Source of the DNA: an uncultured Acidobacteriota bacterium | Lineage (GTDB): Bacteria; Acidobacteriota; Thermoanaerobaculia; UBA5066; Gp7-AA6 | Assembly (NCBI GenBank): GCA_963724465.1 | Contig: CAVRUT010000003.1 | Span: forward strand, 241,658 to 305,657 | Direction of reading: 5' to 3' | Length of the DNA stretch: 64,000 nucleotides | Part shown: positions 22,401-32,949 of the stretch, piece after piece | How the letters are laid out: every line of letters begins with the position of its first letter | Numbering within the stretch: position 1 is the stretch's first letter | Made by a program: the position numbers and the translations under genes | The notes under the pieces: model-generated | Databases searched by the model: none | The model's input: only the letters and a program-made list of their open reading frames with translations | Told to the model about the DNA's origin: nothing

Positions 22401-23339
22401 GATCTCCTCGCCCGAGGGCCGGTCCCGCGGCTCGCGGGCGAGCAGCGCCCGGCACAGGGCGTCGAGGTCCTCGGGGACCAACGGCGCGACCTCACGCGGC
22501 GCGGGTGGCTCCGACCGCTGCTTTTCGACGAGGACGTCCAGGAACTCTCCCGGAAACGGCCGCGCACCCGTGAGCGCCTCGTAGAGCATCACGCCGACGC
22601 CGTACCAGTCGCTCGCCTCGGTCACGGGTCGGCCGGCCGCCTGCTCCGGCGACATGTACGCGGGCGTCCCGACGAGGTGGATGCTGTGGAGGTATCCCTC
22701 TGGTCCGAGGTCCGAAACGAGGCCAAAGTCGAGCAGGACGACGCGGCCTTCCGGCGTGACGAGAACGTTCGAAGGTTTGATGTCTCGATGGAGCTTACCT
22801 GCGCCGTGCAGGGCCTGGAGCCCTTCGGCCAGCTGGCACAGCGTTCTTCGCAGGCGTCTTTCGTCGAAAGGCGGCTGGCTCGCGGACGCCGACGCGGTGG
22901 CGCCTTCGAGCCCCATCCGGAGGAGCTCCCTCGCGGCGCCCGACCGGACCCGTGGGCTCGGCGTCGAGACGTCCGCCTCCGGTGTTCGCGCCCCGCTCGA
23001 GCCGGCCTCTCCCGTGAGGCAAATCGTCGCACCTCGGACGTGGTGAAGGAAGTCAACGCCCTCGACGAGCTCCATCGTGAAGAACCACTGCTCCTCCTCC
23101 GACAGGAGCTCGTAGAGCGTCACGAGGTTCGGATGCGCGATGTCGGCGAGCGACCGGAATTCCTGCTTGAATCGGTACAGCGCGTCCGACTCGGCGCGCC
23201 GCAGCGTCTTCAGGGCGACGGCACTCGTCCGCTTGCGGTCGTACGCGCGATAGACAACCCCGAAGCCGCCGGCGCCGAGGCGGCGCTCGATCGCAAACCG
23301 TTCGGTTCCCGCGAATTCTTCGACGCTGTCGACGGTCAA
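19476..23339 (-). CDS. Giant Ser/Thr protein kinase with AAA-type ATPase and TPR-like C-terminal regions
   Basis: N-terminal Hanks kinase (GAGGFGVVYRA...ALK...HRDIKPSNVLV...DFGL), then a GSSGIGKTALV P-loop, then a long helical repeat region. Intact, 1287 aa. Confidence 0.8.
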   Translation of the reverse strand: MTVDSVEEFAGTERFAIERRLGAGGFGVVYRAYDRKRTSAVALKTLRRAESDALYRFKQEFRSLADIAHPNLVTLYELLSEEEQWFFTMELVEGVDFLHHVRGATICLTGEAGSSGARTPEADVSTPSPRVRSGAARELLRMGLEGATASASASQPPFDERRLRRTLCQLAEGLQALHGAGKLHRDIKPSNVLVTPEGRVVLLDFGLVSDLGPEGYLHSIHLVGTPAYMSPEQAAGRPVTEASDWYGVGVMLYEALTGARPFPGEFLDVLVEKQRSEPPAPREVAPLVPEDLDALCRALLAREPRDRPSGEEILRRLEGAPAPTRAQPPTPVPGAAPTRAAPFVGRLEELAELDAAFALTKEGRAVAALVRGSSGIGKTALVRRFVEGVRHGDAAAVILSGRSYEQETVPYKALDSLVDALSQYLRRLPQSEAEALLPRDLLALVRLFPVLRQVEAVALARRRVVAIPDSLEQRRRGFRALRELLGRIADAAPLVLFIDDLQWGDADSAALLSELLRPPDSPPLLLVGCFRVEAESDNLLWKTLLGLRTAGSPELEVRELVVGELPEREAEELAGALLEALPSAPGSACSIARESRGNPFFIDELARHVREGAELGEAAANLSGGAVRLDDVIWARAARLPENARQLLETVAVAGQPIERGAARRAAGIAEDDQPALAVLRVGHWIRGAGGVSEDKIEIYHDRIRQTVVARLSPQDRETAHQRLAFALESSSIPDPETLAIHYQGGGSKERAAIYAADAAAKATEALAFDRAARLYKLALELGTSDSVARQNLRVRLGDALANAGRGAEAAHAYLAAAEGASAAETLELQRRGAEQLLRSGHVDEGLTVLRQVLDRIGMKLPATPRMALLSSLLHRVQLRLRGLSFRERAATEIPAEDLIRIDTCWSIAAGLSQIDTIRGRDFQTRHMLLALRAGEPYRVARAMGPEAAYTAAFGGSAARRRTQVLVSRAMALAEAVKHPHALGMAYVTAGIAAYLEGRWEPGWELAQHAEEILRTQCTGVAWELDTAHMYSLRALVFMGRLRTLAERLPNLLKEAGERGDLFAATGMRARFSYVVNLMANDPRAARAEARRAAAQWSHQSFYLQHYFLLIGEIETLLYEKSGQAARAGLQEQWTFLKQSLLLRPQFFRIEALHLRGRCSLAAANGTNLSASSQGKLLRETARDARRLQREKSHWGDPFATLLRAGVASLRRDRDEALERLAVAAAGFDAAKMALYAAAARRCRGLLLGGEEGRAFIEAADSWMRSELIQNPERMTAMLAPGRWTAD

Positions 23340-23442
23340 GAACGGCGCGCCCCGGCTGTGCGCCCTGAGGGCGTGCTCCTGGAGTTAGCCTACACCCTCT
23401 CGAGCGGCAGGTTTCCGGACCCGGTCGGTGCCAGAATGCGGA

Positions 23443-23825
23443 GAGCATCTCGACCGATCTTGGATCAGCGATTCGCGACAACCAGCTGGAGCACGGTGCT
23501 CGCCGCCGGCGATGCCGGTTCCTCGCGGTCTCGCCAGGCTCTGGCCGCGCTCTGCGAAGAATATTGGTATCCCCTCTATGCCTTCATCCGCCGTCAGGGC
23601 AGCACTCACGAGGAAGCACGGGATCTCGCTCAGAGCTACTTTCTCCGGTTCCTCGAAAAAGGCTTCCTGAAGACTGTTCGGCCTGAAGCCGGCCGCTTTC
23701 GTTCGTTCTTGCTCGCTTCAGTGAAGAACTTCCTGTCGAACGAGCGTGATCGAGGAGCGCGTCCTGAAGAGAGGCGGCGGGCAACTCTCTTGGTGTCGCG
23801 GCCGGTCGGCCCCTCCGCGACGTGA
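23443..23825 (+). pseudogene. ECF sigma-70 factor with only region 2 intact; frameshifted at about 23770 and lacking a recognisable region 4
   Basis: ALAALCEEYWYPLYAFIRRQGSTHEEARDLAQSYFLRFLEKGFLKTVRPEAGRFRSFLLASVKNFLSNERDR, then in the next frame ERVLKRGGGQLS (the KRGGG motif). No sigma region-4 helix-turn-helix follows. Divergent from the kinase gene. Confidence 0.5.
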
Positions 23826-24697
23826 AACTCGAGCCGGATCGGAGATCTCCATCCCGACGGCGCCAGCAGCGGGCCTTCTGCATTACGTCCGGCCCGGACG
23901 GCAATCTCTGGTTCACCGAAGTACAAGGCAAACAGGATCGGCCGGATCACCACGGCCGGCGTCATCACCGAGTTCTCCATCCCGACGGCCGGCAGCTGTG
24001 CCTGTTGGTATCGCGAGCGGTCCTGACGGCAATCTCTGGTTCACCGAACTGACTGCCGACAAGATCGGCCGGATCACCACGGCCGGCGTCGTCACCGAGT
24101 TCGCCATGCCCACCGCCGGTAGCAGCACCCCGTTGGTATCGCGGCCGGCCCCGACGGCAACCTCTGGTTCACCGAAGCCGAGGCAACAAGATCGGGCGGA
24201 TCACCACGGCCGGCGTCATCACCGAGTTTCCCATCCCCACGGCCAGCAGCAACCCTTCGGGAATCACGGCCGGCCCGGACGGCAACCTCTGGTTCACCGA
24301 AAAAGCTTCCAACCAAGATCGGCCGGATCACGACGGGGCCCTGCGCTCGCCAACGACACGACGCTGTGTCTGAGCAACAGCCGCTTCAGGGTCACGGCCG
24401 ACTTCGAGACCCAGGACGGACAGAAGGGAGCGGCTCACGCCGTCAGACGCTCACCGGCAACACCGGATACTTCTGGTTCTTCGATCCGAGCAACGTCGAG
24501 GTCGTCACGAAGGTCCTGCCCTTCTGCGCGGACCCCTTCAACTCGATCTGGATCTTCGCCGCGGGCCTGACCAACGTGAAGGTGGACCTGACCTACACCG
24601 ACACCGAACAATGGCACCGTGGTCACGAAGAAGAACGATCTCGGCGTCCCGTTCGCGCCGATCCAGGACACCCAGGCGTTCAAGACGTGCCCCTGAC
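23826..24697 (+). pseudogene. Decayed beta-propeller protein with Vgb/streptogramin-lyase-like 'GPDGNLWFTE' blades and a C-terminal domain, broken by many frameshifts
   Basis: About four 42-aa blades (NKIGRITTAGVITEF(S/P)IPTA(G/S)S..GIT(A/S)GPDGNLWFTE) read in alternating frames. The C-terminal ...LTGNTGYFWFFDPSNVEVVTKVLPFCADPFNSIWIFAAGLTNVKVDLTYTDTE...NGTVVTKKNDLGVPFAPIQDTQAFKTCP* is split across three frames. Confidence 0.45.
23880..24310 (+). repeat. Tandem coding repeats of about 126 bp (propeller blades), 4 copies
   Basis: Repeated ggcccggacggcaa(t/c)ctctggttcaccgaa ... atcggccggatcaccacggccggcgtc(a/g)tcaccgagtt. The inter-motif linkers are 40, 39, 38 and 40 nt. Confidence 0.55.
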
Positions 24698-24727
24698 GGA
24701 CGCGCGGGCTCGGACGCTTACGGCTGG

Positions 24728-26595
<1,868 letters not shown>

Positions 26596-26666
26596 AGAGT
26601 CTACTCCCAATGGGGAAGGAGGCGGGAGAAGAGGACGGACGTCAACTGTCGCAGGTTCGAGTAAGA

Positions 26667-29600
26667 ATGGGCCGCGCCATGGCCGAACAACCCATGCTTC
26701 CTTTTGGAGAGGCTTCCGAGCCCTCCCGGACCTCTCGGATCTCTCGGCTCGTCGAAGAGCTCGCCCGGGTCTGCCGGGAGCACCCCCTGGAGGAAAAGGT
26801 CCTCGTCGCACCCTCGCTTCCGATCGGCTACCAACTCCTCGAGCGCCTCGCCCGCCAGGGCGATCCGTGGGTAAACCTCCGGGTCGAGACGGTTCGCACG
26901 GTCGCCCACGGCCTCGTCGGTGCCGAGCTCGCCCGTCAGGGCTGGAAGCTCCTGTCGCGCGCCCAGGCCCTCGCCCTCGTCGAGCAGGCTTGCGGCGAAG
27001 CGCTGACCGACAAGTCCTATTTCGGGCCCCTGCGCTCCCTTCCGGGCTTTCACCGCGCCGTCCACCGCACCTTCGACGAGCTGCGGGCAGCGGGCATCTC
27101 CCCCGCCGCCCTGCCCGCCGCCGCCTTTGCCGACAGGCGCAAGCGCGCGGAGCTCAAGGCGATCCTCGAGCGCTACGACGCGGCCCTCGTGAAGGGCCGC
27201 TTCGTCGACTCGGCCGAAGTGCTGCGGCGAGCGGTCGAGGCAGCCTCCGCGAAGGCGGAGGGCAGCGGCCCGATCTACCTTCTTCCGGAAGGACAAGAGC
27301 TCGCCGCGGTCGAGCGCGCGCTGCTCGAACGCGTCGCGGGGCCGCGCCTCTTGACCCTCGCCACGGATCCGCCGGCAGCCTGGACGCGCCAGGCTCGCGG
27401 CGCGACCCTCCTCCGGGCGATCGGCGAAGAAAACGAGATCCGCGAGGCCTTCCGCCGCATACTCTCGGGCGGCATCCCGTTCGACGATGCCGAGATTCTC
27501 TACACGGATGCGACGACCTATCCCGCCCTGGTCTGGGAGCTCTCCCGGGAGCACGACATCCCGTGCACGTTCGCTGCCGGCGTTGCGGCGCCCTTCACCC
27601 ATCCCGGGCAGGCGGCCCTCGCGTTTCTCGACTGGGTCGGCGGCGGCTTCGAAGCCGACGTCCTGCGCGGAGCGCTCGCCTCGGGAGCGCTGACGTTCGA
27701 TCGCTTCCCGTCCGAAAAAGAGAACGGGCCCGGTACCCGCGCGGCCGCCCGTGCCTTCCGGGAAGCGCGGATCGGCTGGGGGGCGCGGCGGCACCGAACC
27801 GCCTTTGACCGCCTCGTGGCCGAACTCGAAAAGCCCGAGGAGCACGGACGGGACGCCGACGAGGCGGACGCGGTCGAGCGGGCCGAACGCGCCGCGCGCC
27901 GCGCCGGCCGGCTCGCCGCGGCCCGGCGGGCGAGGAACTTCGCGATCCGCGTCCTCGAGCTCGCCGGGGACGCCGCTCTGGACCATTGCGACCTCCGGGC
28001 CCTGGCCCGGGGCTGCCGCCTCTTCGTGGCGGAATTCGCCCGGGTCTCCGGCGCCATGGACGCGAGCGCGCTCGAGGCCCTTCAGAAGCTCCTCCAAGAG
28101 CTCGAGGTGCTGCCTGCGACGAAGCTGTCTCCCTCCGAGGCCTCGACGCGGCTGGCCGACGCCGTGCGCGCCCTCGCGATCGACGCCGACCGCCCGCGCC
28201 CCGGCCGCGTGCACGTCGCGCCGCTCGAGGCCGGGGGGTTCTCCGGGCGCCGGCACACCTACCTCGTCGGCCTCGACGAGGCGAGGCACCCGGGCGCCGA
28301 CCTCGAGGATCCCGTCCTGCTCGACGCCGAACGCCGCGGGATCAACCGGGCCCTCGCCCCCCTCGCGCTCCCGCTCTACCGGGACCGGCCGCGGGAGTCC
28401 GCGCGCACCCTTCACGCGTGCGTCGCCCGCCTCTCGGGCGAGCTGACCGCGAGCTACTCGAGCTGGAACCTGCGAAGCCTCGACCAGCAGAGCGAGCACT
28501 TCCCATCTCCTTTCTTCCTGGATCTTCACCGCGCTTGCTCCGGCTCGCCCGAGGCCGACTACAGCACCCTCGTCGCCTCGCTTCCCGAGGCCGCGGGATT
28601 CCTGCCCGGCGTCGACTCCGCCCTCGACGAAACCGAGTGGTGGCTCTCGAGGCTCGCGGCCGCTGGGCCCGCGGCGGCCGCCGGCGCCGCGGCGCGGATC
28701 GTGCGTGCGTTCTACCCCCACCTCGCCGAGGGGCACCGCGCCGAGGCCGCGCGGGACTCCGAAGACTTCACGATCTACGACGGCTGGGTCCGGACGGGCA
28801 CCCCGGAGCTCGACCCCCGCGCAAGTGGCGAGCCGCAGTCGGCGTCGCGACTCGAAACGCTTGCCCGGTGCCCGTTCCGCTATTTCCTCAAGCACGTCCT
28901 GCGCGTCGAGCCGCCCGAGGAGATCGAGCGCGACACAACCGAGTGGCTGGACGCCATGACGGCGGGCTCGCTCCTCCACGAGGTGTTCCGGCTCTTCTTC
29001 GAGCGCATTGCCGCGGCCGGAGAGAAGCCGCACGCCCCGCGGCATGCCGCGCTGATCCAACGCATCGCCGAGGACCAGATCGCCGCATGGCGCGAGAAGG
29101 TCCCTCCCGCGAGCGAGCTCGCGTTCGGCCAGCGCCGCGACGAGATCTTCCTGGCGTGCCGGACGTTCCTCGCGCTCGAAGAGGAGCACTGCCGGGAGAT
29201 GACCCCCCGGTTCTTCGAGGTCCCCTTCGGGCTTCCGCGCGCCGAGTCGCGGGCTTCGATCTCCAGCCGCGATCCCGTGCCGATCGCGCTTCCCGGCGGA
29301 AAGTCCTTTCCGCTGCGGGGCTCGATCGACCGCGTGGACGAGGCGCCCGACGGCTCGTTCCGCGTCTGGGACTACAAGACCGGTGGCACGTGGCGCCACA
29401 AGGAGAAGCTCGGCATTCACGGGGGGCGGCAGATCCAGCACGCCCTCTACGCCATGGCGCTCGAGGCGCTTCTCTCCCGCGCCGGGATCACGGCGCCCGT
29501 CTCGCAGTCGGGCTACTTCTTTCCCGGCCGGAAGGGCGAAGGTCAGCGCATGCCGATGCGGCTCGACCCCGGGCAGACGCGCGACGTCCTCGTGAGGCTG

Positions 29601-29780
29601 CTCGACCTATTGCGCGAGGGCCTCTTCCCGCACGCGATCGAGCGGGACGACTGCAAGTACTGCGACTACGAGTCGGTCTGCGGGGGCGTCGCGGCCGCCA
29701 CTCGGCGCGCCGAGGCCAAGCTTTCGACCACGACGCTGCCCGCTCTCTCCGCGTTCCGCGAGATCCATGAAAAAGGCTGA
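26667..29780 (+). CDS. AddB-like helicase-nuclease subunit (inactive helicase-like N-terminus, PD-(D/E)XK nuclease C-terminus with Cys cluster)
   Basis: C-terminal ...RVWDYKTG...CKYCDYESVCGG nuclease and Fe-S-type motif. Sits directly upstream of, and overlaps, the UvrD-like partner. Start taken at MGRAMAEQ. Confidence 0.6.
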   Translation: MGRAMAEQPMLPFGEASEPSRTSRISRLVEELARVCREHPLEEKVLVAPSLPIGYQLLERLARQGDPWVNLRVETVRTVAHGLVGAELARQGWKLLSRAQALALVEQACGEALTDKSYFGPLRSLPGFHRAVHRTFDELRAAGISPAALPAAAFADRRKRAELKAILERYDAALVKGRFVDSAEVLRRAVEAASAKAEGSGPIYLLPEGQELAAVERALLERVAGPRLLTLATDPPAAWTRQARGATLLRAIGEENEIREAFRRILSGGIPFDDAEILYTDATTYPALVWELSREHDIPCTFAAGVAAPFTHPGQAALAFLDWVGGGFEADVLRGALASGALTFDRFPSEKENGPGTRAAARAFREARIGWGARRHRTAFDRLVAELEKPEEHGRDADEADAVERAERAARRAGRLAAARRARNFAIRVLELAGDAALDHCDLRALARGCRLFVAEFARVSGAMDASALEALQKLLQELEVLPATKLSPSEASTRLADAVRALAIDADRPRPGRVHVAPLEAGGFSGRRHTYLVGLDEARHPGADLEDPVLLDAERRGINRALAPLALPLYRDRPRESARTLHACVARLSGELTASYSSWNLRSLDQQSEHFPSPFFLDLHRACSGSPEADYSTLVASLPEAAGFLPGVDSALDETEWWLSRLAAAGPAAAAGAAARIVRAFYPHLAEGHRAEAARDSEDFTIYDGWVRTGTPELDPRASGEPQSASRLETLARCPFRYFLKHVLRVEPPEEIERDTTEWLDAMTAGSLLHEVFRLFFERIAAAGEKPHAPRHAALIQRIAEDQIAAWREKVPPASELAFGQRRDEIFLACRTFLALEEEHCREMTPRFFEVPFGLPRAESRASISSRDPVPIALPGGKSFPLRGSIDRVDEAPDGSFRVWDYKTGGTWRHKEKLGIHGGRQIQHALYAMALEALLSRAGITAPVSQSGYFFPGRKGEGQRMPMRLDPGQTRDVLVRLLDLLREGLFPHAIERDDCKYCDYESVCGGVAAATRRAEAKLSTTTLPALSAFREIHEKG

Positions 29781-32700
29781 GCCCCGGCCCGCGCTCCCCG
29801 ACGCCGAAGCACGCCGGGCGATCCGCGAGGACCTCGGTGTTTCGCTCCTCGTCGAGGCCGCCGCCGGGACCGGAAAGACGACGAGCCTCGTCGAGCGCAT
29901 GACCGCGCTCATCCGCACGGGGACCACGACGGTGGAGCGTCTCTCGGCCGTCACGTTCACGATCAGGGCGGCCGCGGACCTCTCCGAGCGGTTTCAGACG
30001 AGCCTGGAAGCCGCGGCGCGAGGGGCCGCGGGCGGGGAGCGCGAAAGGCTCGACGTGGCGCTGGCGCGCCTCGACTCCGCTTTCGTCGGCACAATTCACG
30101 CCTTCTGCGCAAGGCTCCTGCGCGAGAGGCCCGTCGAGGCGGGCGTGGACCCGGGGTTTTCGGAGATGGACGAACCGGAAAACGCCACGGCCCGCCTCGA
30201 GGCGTGGAACCGGCACACCGAGCGCCTGTTTACGGACGAGAACCCCATCCTTGCGCGCCTGGCGGCGCTCGGCGTCCGCCTCGACGACCTTCGGCAGACG
30301 TACGACACCCTTTCGGACAACGAGGACGTCCGGCCGGCGATCGGCCCGGAAGAACCGCCGCCGGATTTCGGGACCGAGCGCCGGGCCGTCGAGGCGTTCC
30401 TCGCCCGCGCCGCCGGGGAGCTTCCGGAAGAGATGCCCGCCGGGGGATGGAGCGACTTCCACGAAGCGGTGCGCCGCGCCGCGCGCCTGGTCGCACTGCG
30501 CGACATCTCGGATTCCGCCGCCTTCGCGCGGGTCCTCGAAGCGCTCGACCGCGCGAAGTCCAGGGGCAAGGAGGCGGGGCGTCTGCGGGCCGACTTCGAG
30601 GCCCTGTGCCGCGACACGATCGCCCCCGGCCTCGCCCGCTGGCGCGAGCACCTCCATCCGATCCTCATGCGCGCGGTCGCGCCCGCCGCGGCCGATTACG
30701 CTTCCTGGCGGCGCCAGAACGGACGTCTCAACTTCCAGGACCTCCTGCTGCTCGCCCGCGATCTGCTTCGCGACCACCCCCACGTGCGGCGGGCCTTCCG
30801 GGACCGGTTCCTGCCGATCCTCGTGGACGAGTTCCAGGACACCGATCCCATCCAGGCCGAGATCCTCTTCTACCTGACCGGCTCCGACGTCGAGGAAAGG
30901 GACTGGCGCAAGCTCGTTCCCCTTCCGGGCAGCCTCTTCGTCGTCGGGGACCCGAAGCAGTCCATCTACCGCTTCCGCCGCGCCGACATCGAGACCTACG
31001 GCGCGGTACGCTCCCGCCTCGAGCAAAGCGGCCGCGTTCTGACCCTCACGGCCAACTTCCGAGCGACCGGCCGGCTTTGCCGGTGGGTGAACGGTGTCTT
31101 CGCGAAGGAGTTTCCGGCCGTCGCGACGCCGCAGCAGGCCGCCTGGGTGCCGCTCGCGGCCCAGCGGGCGGAGGGCGCACCGGGCGTGTTCCGCCTCCTG
31201 TCGCGGACCCCGAACCAGTCGACGCAGCCTCTCCTCGAACAGGACGCGACGCGCATCGCGCGCGCGATCGAGGCCGCCGTGCGCGGCGGCGAGAGGCGCC
31301 CCGAGGACTTTCTCGTCCTCTTTCGGGCGCGCCGGCACATGGCCGACTACGCCCGGGCGCTGGAGAAGCGCGGGATCCCCTACGAGCTCTCCGGCGGCGG
31401 CGCGTTCAAGGACTCCGAGGAGCTCCGGACGCTGCTGCCTCTTCTCCAGGCGATCTCCGATCCCGACGACCCCGTCCCCTTCGTTGCGGTGCTGCGCGGG
31501 CCGCTGTTCGGCGTGGACGACGAGGCGCTGTATCGCCACTCCCGAGCCGGCGGTCGCTTCTCGTTCCGGGCGGCGCTACCCGAGGGAGCCGATCCGCGGA
31601 TCGCCCGGGCGTGCGAGCTCCTACGAGAAGGCGAGGCTTTCGCCGGCGCGCTCCCGCCGGCCGCGGCGATCGCGCGCCTGTGTGGCCGGCTGGGGTGGAC
31701 CGCCTATGCGGGGGCGCGGGAGCTCGGAGACAGCCGCGCCGGAAACCTGCTCAAGGCGATCGCGGCGGCGCGCACCTTCTCGGCCGAGGGGCTCGACTTC
31801 GCCGGGGTCGTCGCCGAGCTCGATCGCCTCGGCGGCGAGGGCTACATCGAGGAGATGAGCGCCCGGCCGGGGCGGCGCGGCGCCGTGCGCCTCATGACCG
31901 CCCACGGCGCGAAGGGCCTCGAGGCGCCGGTCGTCTTCCTCGCCGATCCCCGGCGCGAGCCCAATCGCCCCACGCGTTTCTGGATCGACCGGCGCGGCGC
32001 GAGCGCCGAGGGCCACTGGCGCTTCATCCGCGAGACCGACGGCTGGGGCGTCGTCGAGATCGCCGAGCCCCGCGGCTGGGAGGACATGGCGGAGACCGAG
32101 GCGGCCTTCGAGGCCGCGGAAAAGACGCGACTCCTCTACGTCGCCGCGACGCGCGCCCGCGAGATGCTGGTCGTCAGCATCTGGAAGCAGGGCAAGAGCG
32201 AGAACGCGCACGGGCCGTGGAGCCCGCTCGCCCCGTTCCTGACCGAAGATCTGCCGGAGACGGCGACCCCACCCCCGGCCGAGCCCCCGCCGCCCCTCTC
32301 TCGCTTGCCGGCCGAGCTCGACGCATTCGAGCGCGAGCGGCAGAGGCGCCGCTCGCTCAGCGCCGCTGCCACCTACGCCGTCTCCGCCGTCACCGGCATC
32401 GCGCACGCGGGGCCGGCGCCCGCCTGGGAACGGACCGGGCGGGGCATGTCCTGGGGCCGCGTGCTCCATCGCCTCCTCGAGGCCCTCATGCGCGAGGATC
32501 GCGGACTCGACGTGCGCGCCTACGCTGCGAACCTGCTCGCGGAGGAAGAGCGCCCGGCGGGCGACCTCGAGGAGGTCGTTCGCGTCGCCGAAAGTGTCCG
32601 CTCTTCCGACCTCTGGAGGCGGGCGGCCGCCGCGCGCCGACGCCTCGTCGAGGTGCCCTTCGCGCTCTTAGTCCCGAGCGCAGAGCTGGGCGTCGCGGAA

Positions 32701-32937
32701 GGCTCCGGGGAAACGCTGCTGCAGGGCGCGATCGATCTCGCCTTCGAAGAGCAAGACGGCTGGACGCTCGTGGACTACAAGTCGGACGCCGTCGCCGACA
32801 ACCTCGACTCCCTGGTCGCCTTCTACACGCCCCAGATCGCCGTGTACCGCCGCTACTGGGAGCGCCTGACGGGCCGGCCCACCCGAGCGGGGCTTCTCTT
32901 CATCCAGACCGTCCAGACCATCTGGCCGGCCCTGTAG
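29767..32937 (+). CDS. AddA/UvrD-like ATP-dependent helicase with a C-terminal PD-(D/E)XK nuclease domain
   Basis: AAAGTGKTTSLVERM Walker A; DEFQDTDPIQ motif II; VVGDPKQSIYRFRRAD; C-terminal ...LVDYKSD nuclease motif. Confidence 0.7.
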   Translation: MKKAEPRPALPDAEARRAIREDLGVSLLVEAAAGTGKTTSLVERMTALIRTGTTTVERLSAVTFTIRAAADLSERFQTSLEAAARGAAGGERERLDVALARLDSAFVGTIHAFCARLLRERPVEAGVDPGFSEMDEPENATARLEAWNRHTERLFTDENPILARLAALGVRLDDLRQTYDTLSDNEDVRPAIGPEEPPPDFGTERRAVEAFLARAAGELPEEMPAGGWSDFHEAVRRAARLVALRDISDSAAFARVLEALDRAKSRGKEAGRLRADFEALCRDTIAPGLARWREHLHPILMRAVAPAAADYASWRRQNGRLNFQDLLLLARDLLRDHPHVRRAFRDRFLPILVDEFQDTDPIQAEILFYLTGSDVEERDWRKLVPLPGSLFVVGDPKQSIYRFRRADIETYGAVRSRLEQSGRVLTLTANFRATGRLCRWVNGVFAKEFPAVATPQQAAWVPLAAQRAEGAPGVFRLLSRTPNQSTQPLLEQDATRIARAIEAAVRGGERRPEDFLVLFRARRHMADYARALEKRGIPYELSGGGAFKDSEELRTLLPLLQAISDPDDPVPFVAVLRGPLFGVDDEALYRHSRAGGRFSFRAALPEGADPRIARACELLREGEAFAGALPPAAAIARLCGRLGWTAYAGARELGDSRAGNLLKAIAAARTFSAEGLDFAGVVAELDRLGGEGYIEEMSARPGRRGAVRLMTAHGAKGLEAPVVFLADPRREPNRPTRFWIDRRGASAEGHWRFIRETDGWGVVEIAEPRGWEDMAETEAAFEAAEKTRLLYVAATRAREMLVVSIWKQGKSENAHGPWSPLAPFLTEDLPETATPPPAEPPPPLSRLPAELDAFERERQRRRSLSAAATYAVSAVTGIAHAGPAPAWERTGRGMSWGRVLHRLLEALMREDRGLDVRAYAANLLAEEERPAGDLEEVVRVAESVRSSDLWRRAAAARRRLVEVPFALLVPSAELGVAEGSGETLLQGAIDLAFEEQDGWTLVDYKSDAVADNLDSLVAFYTPQIAVYRRYWERLTGRPTRAGLLFIQTVQTIWPAL

Positions 32938-32949
32938 GATCTCTGGCGC

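Noticed and set aside
23340-23443. Looked for an ECF-type promoter (GGAAC...CGTC) in the sigma/kinase divergent region
   Set aside because: No convincing match to the -35/-10 consensus could be identified by eye.
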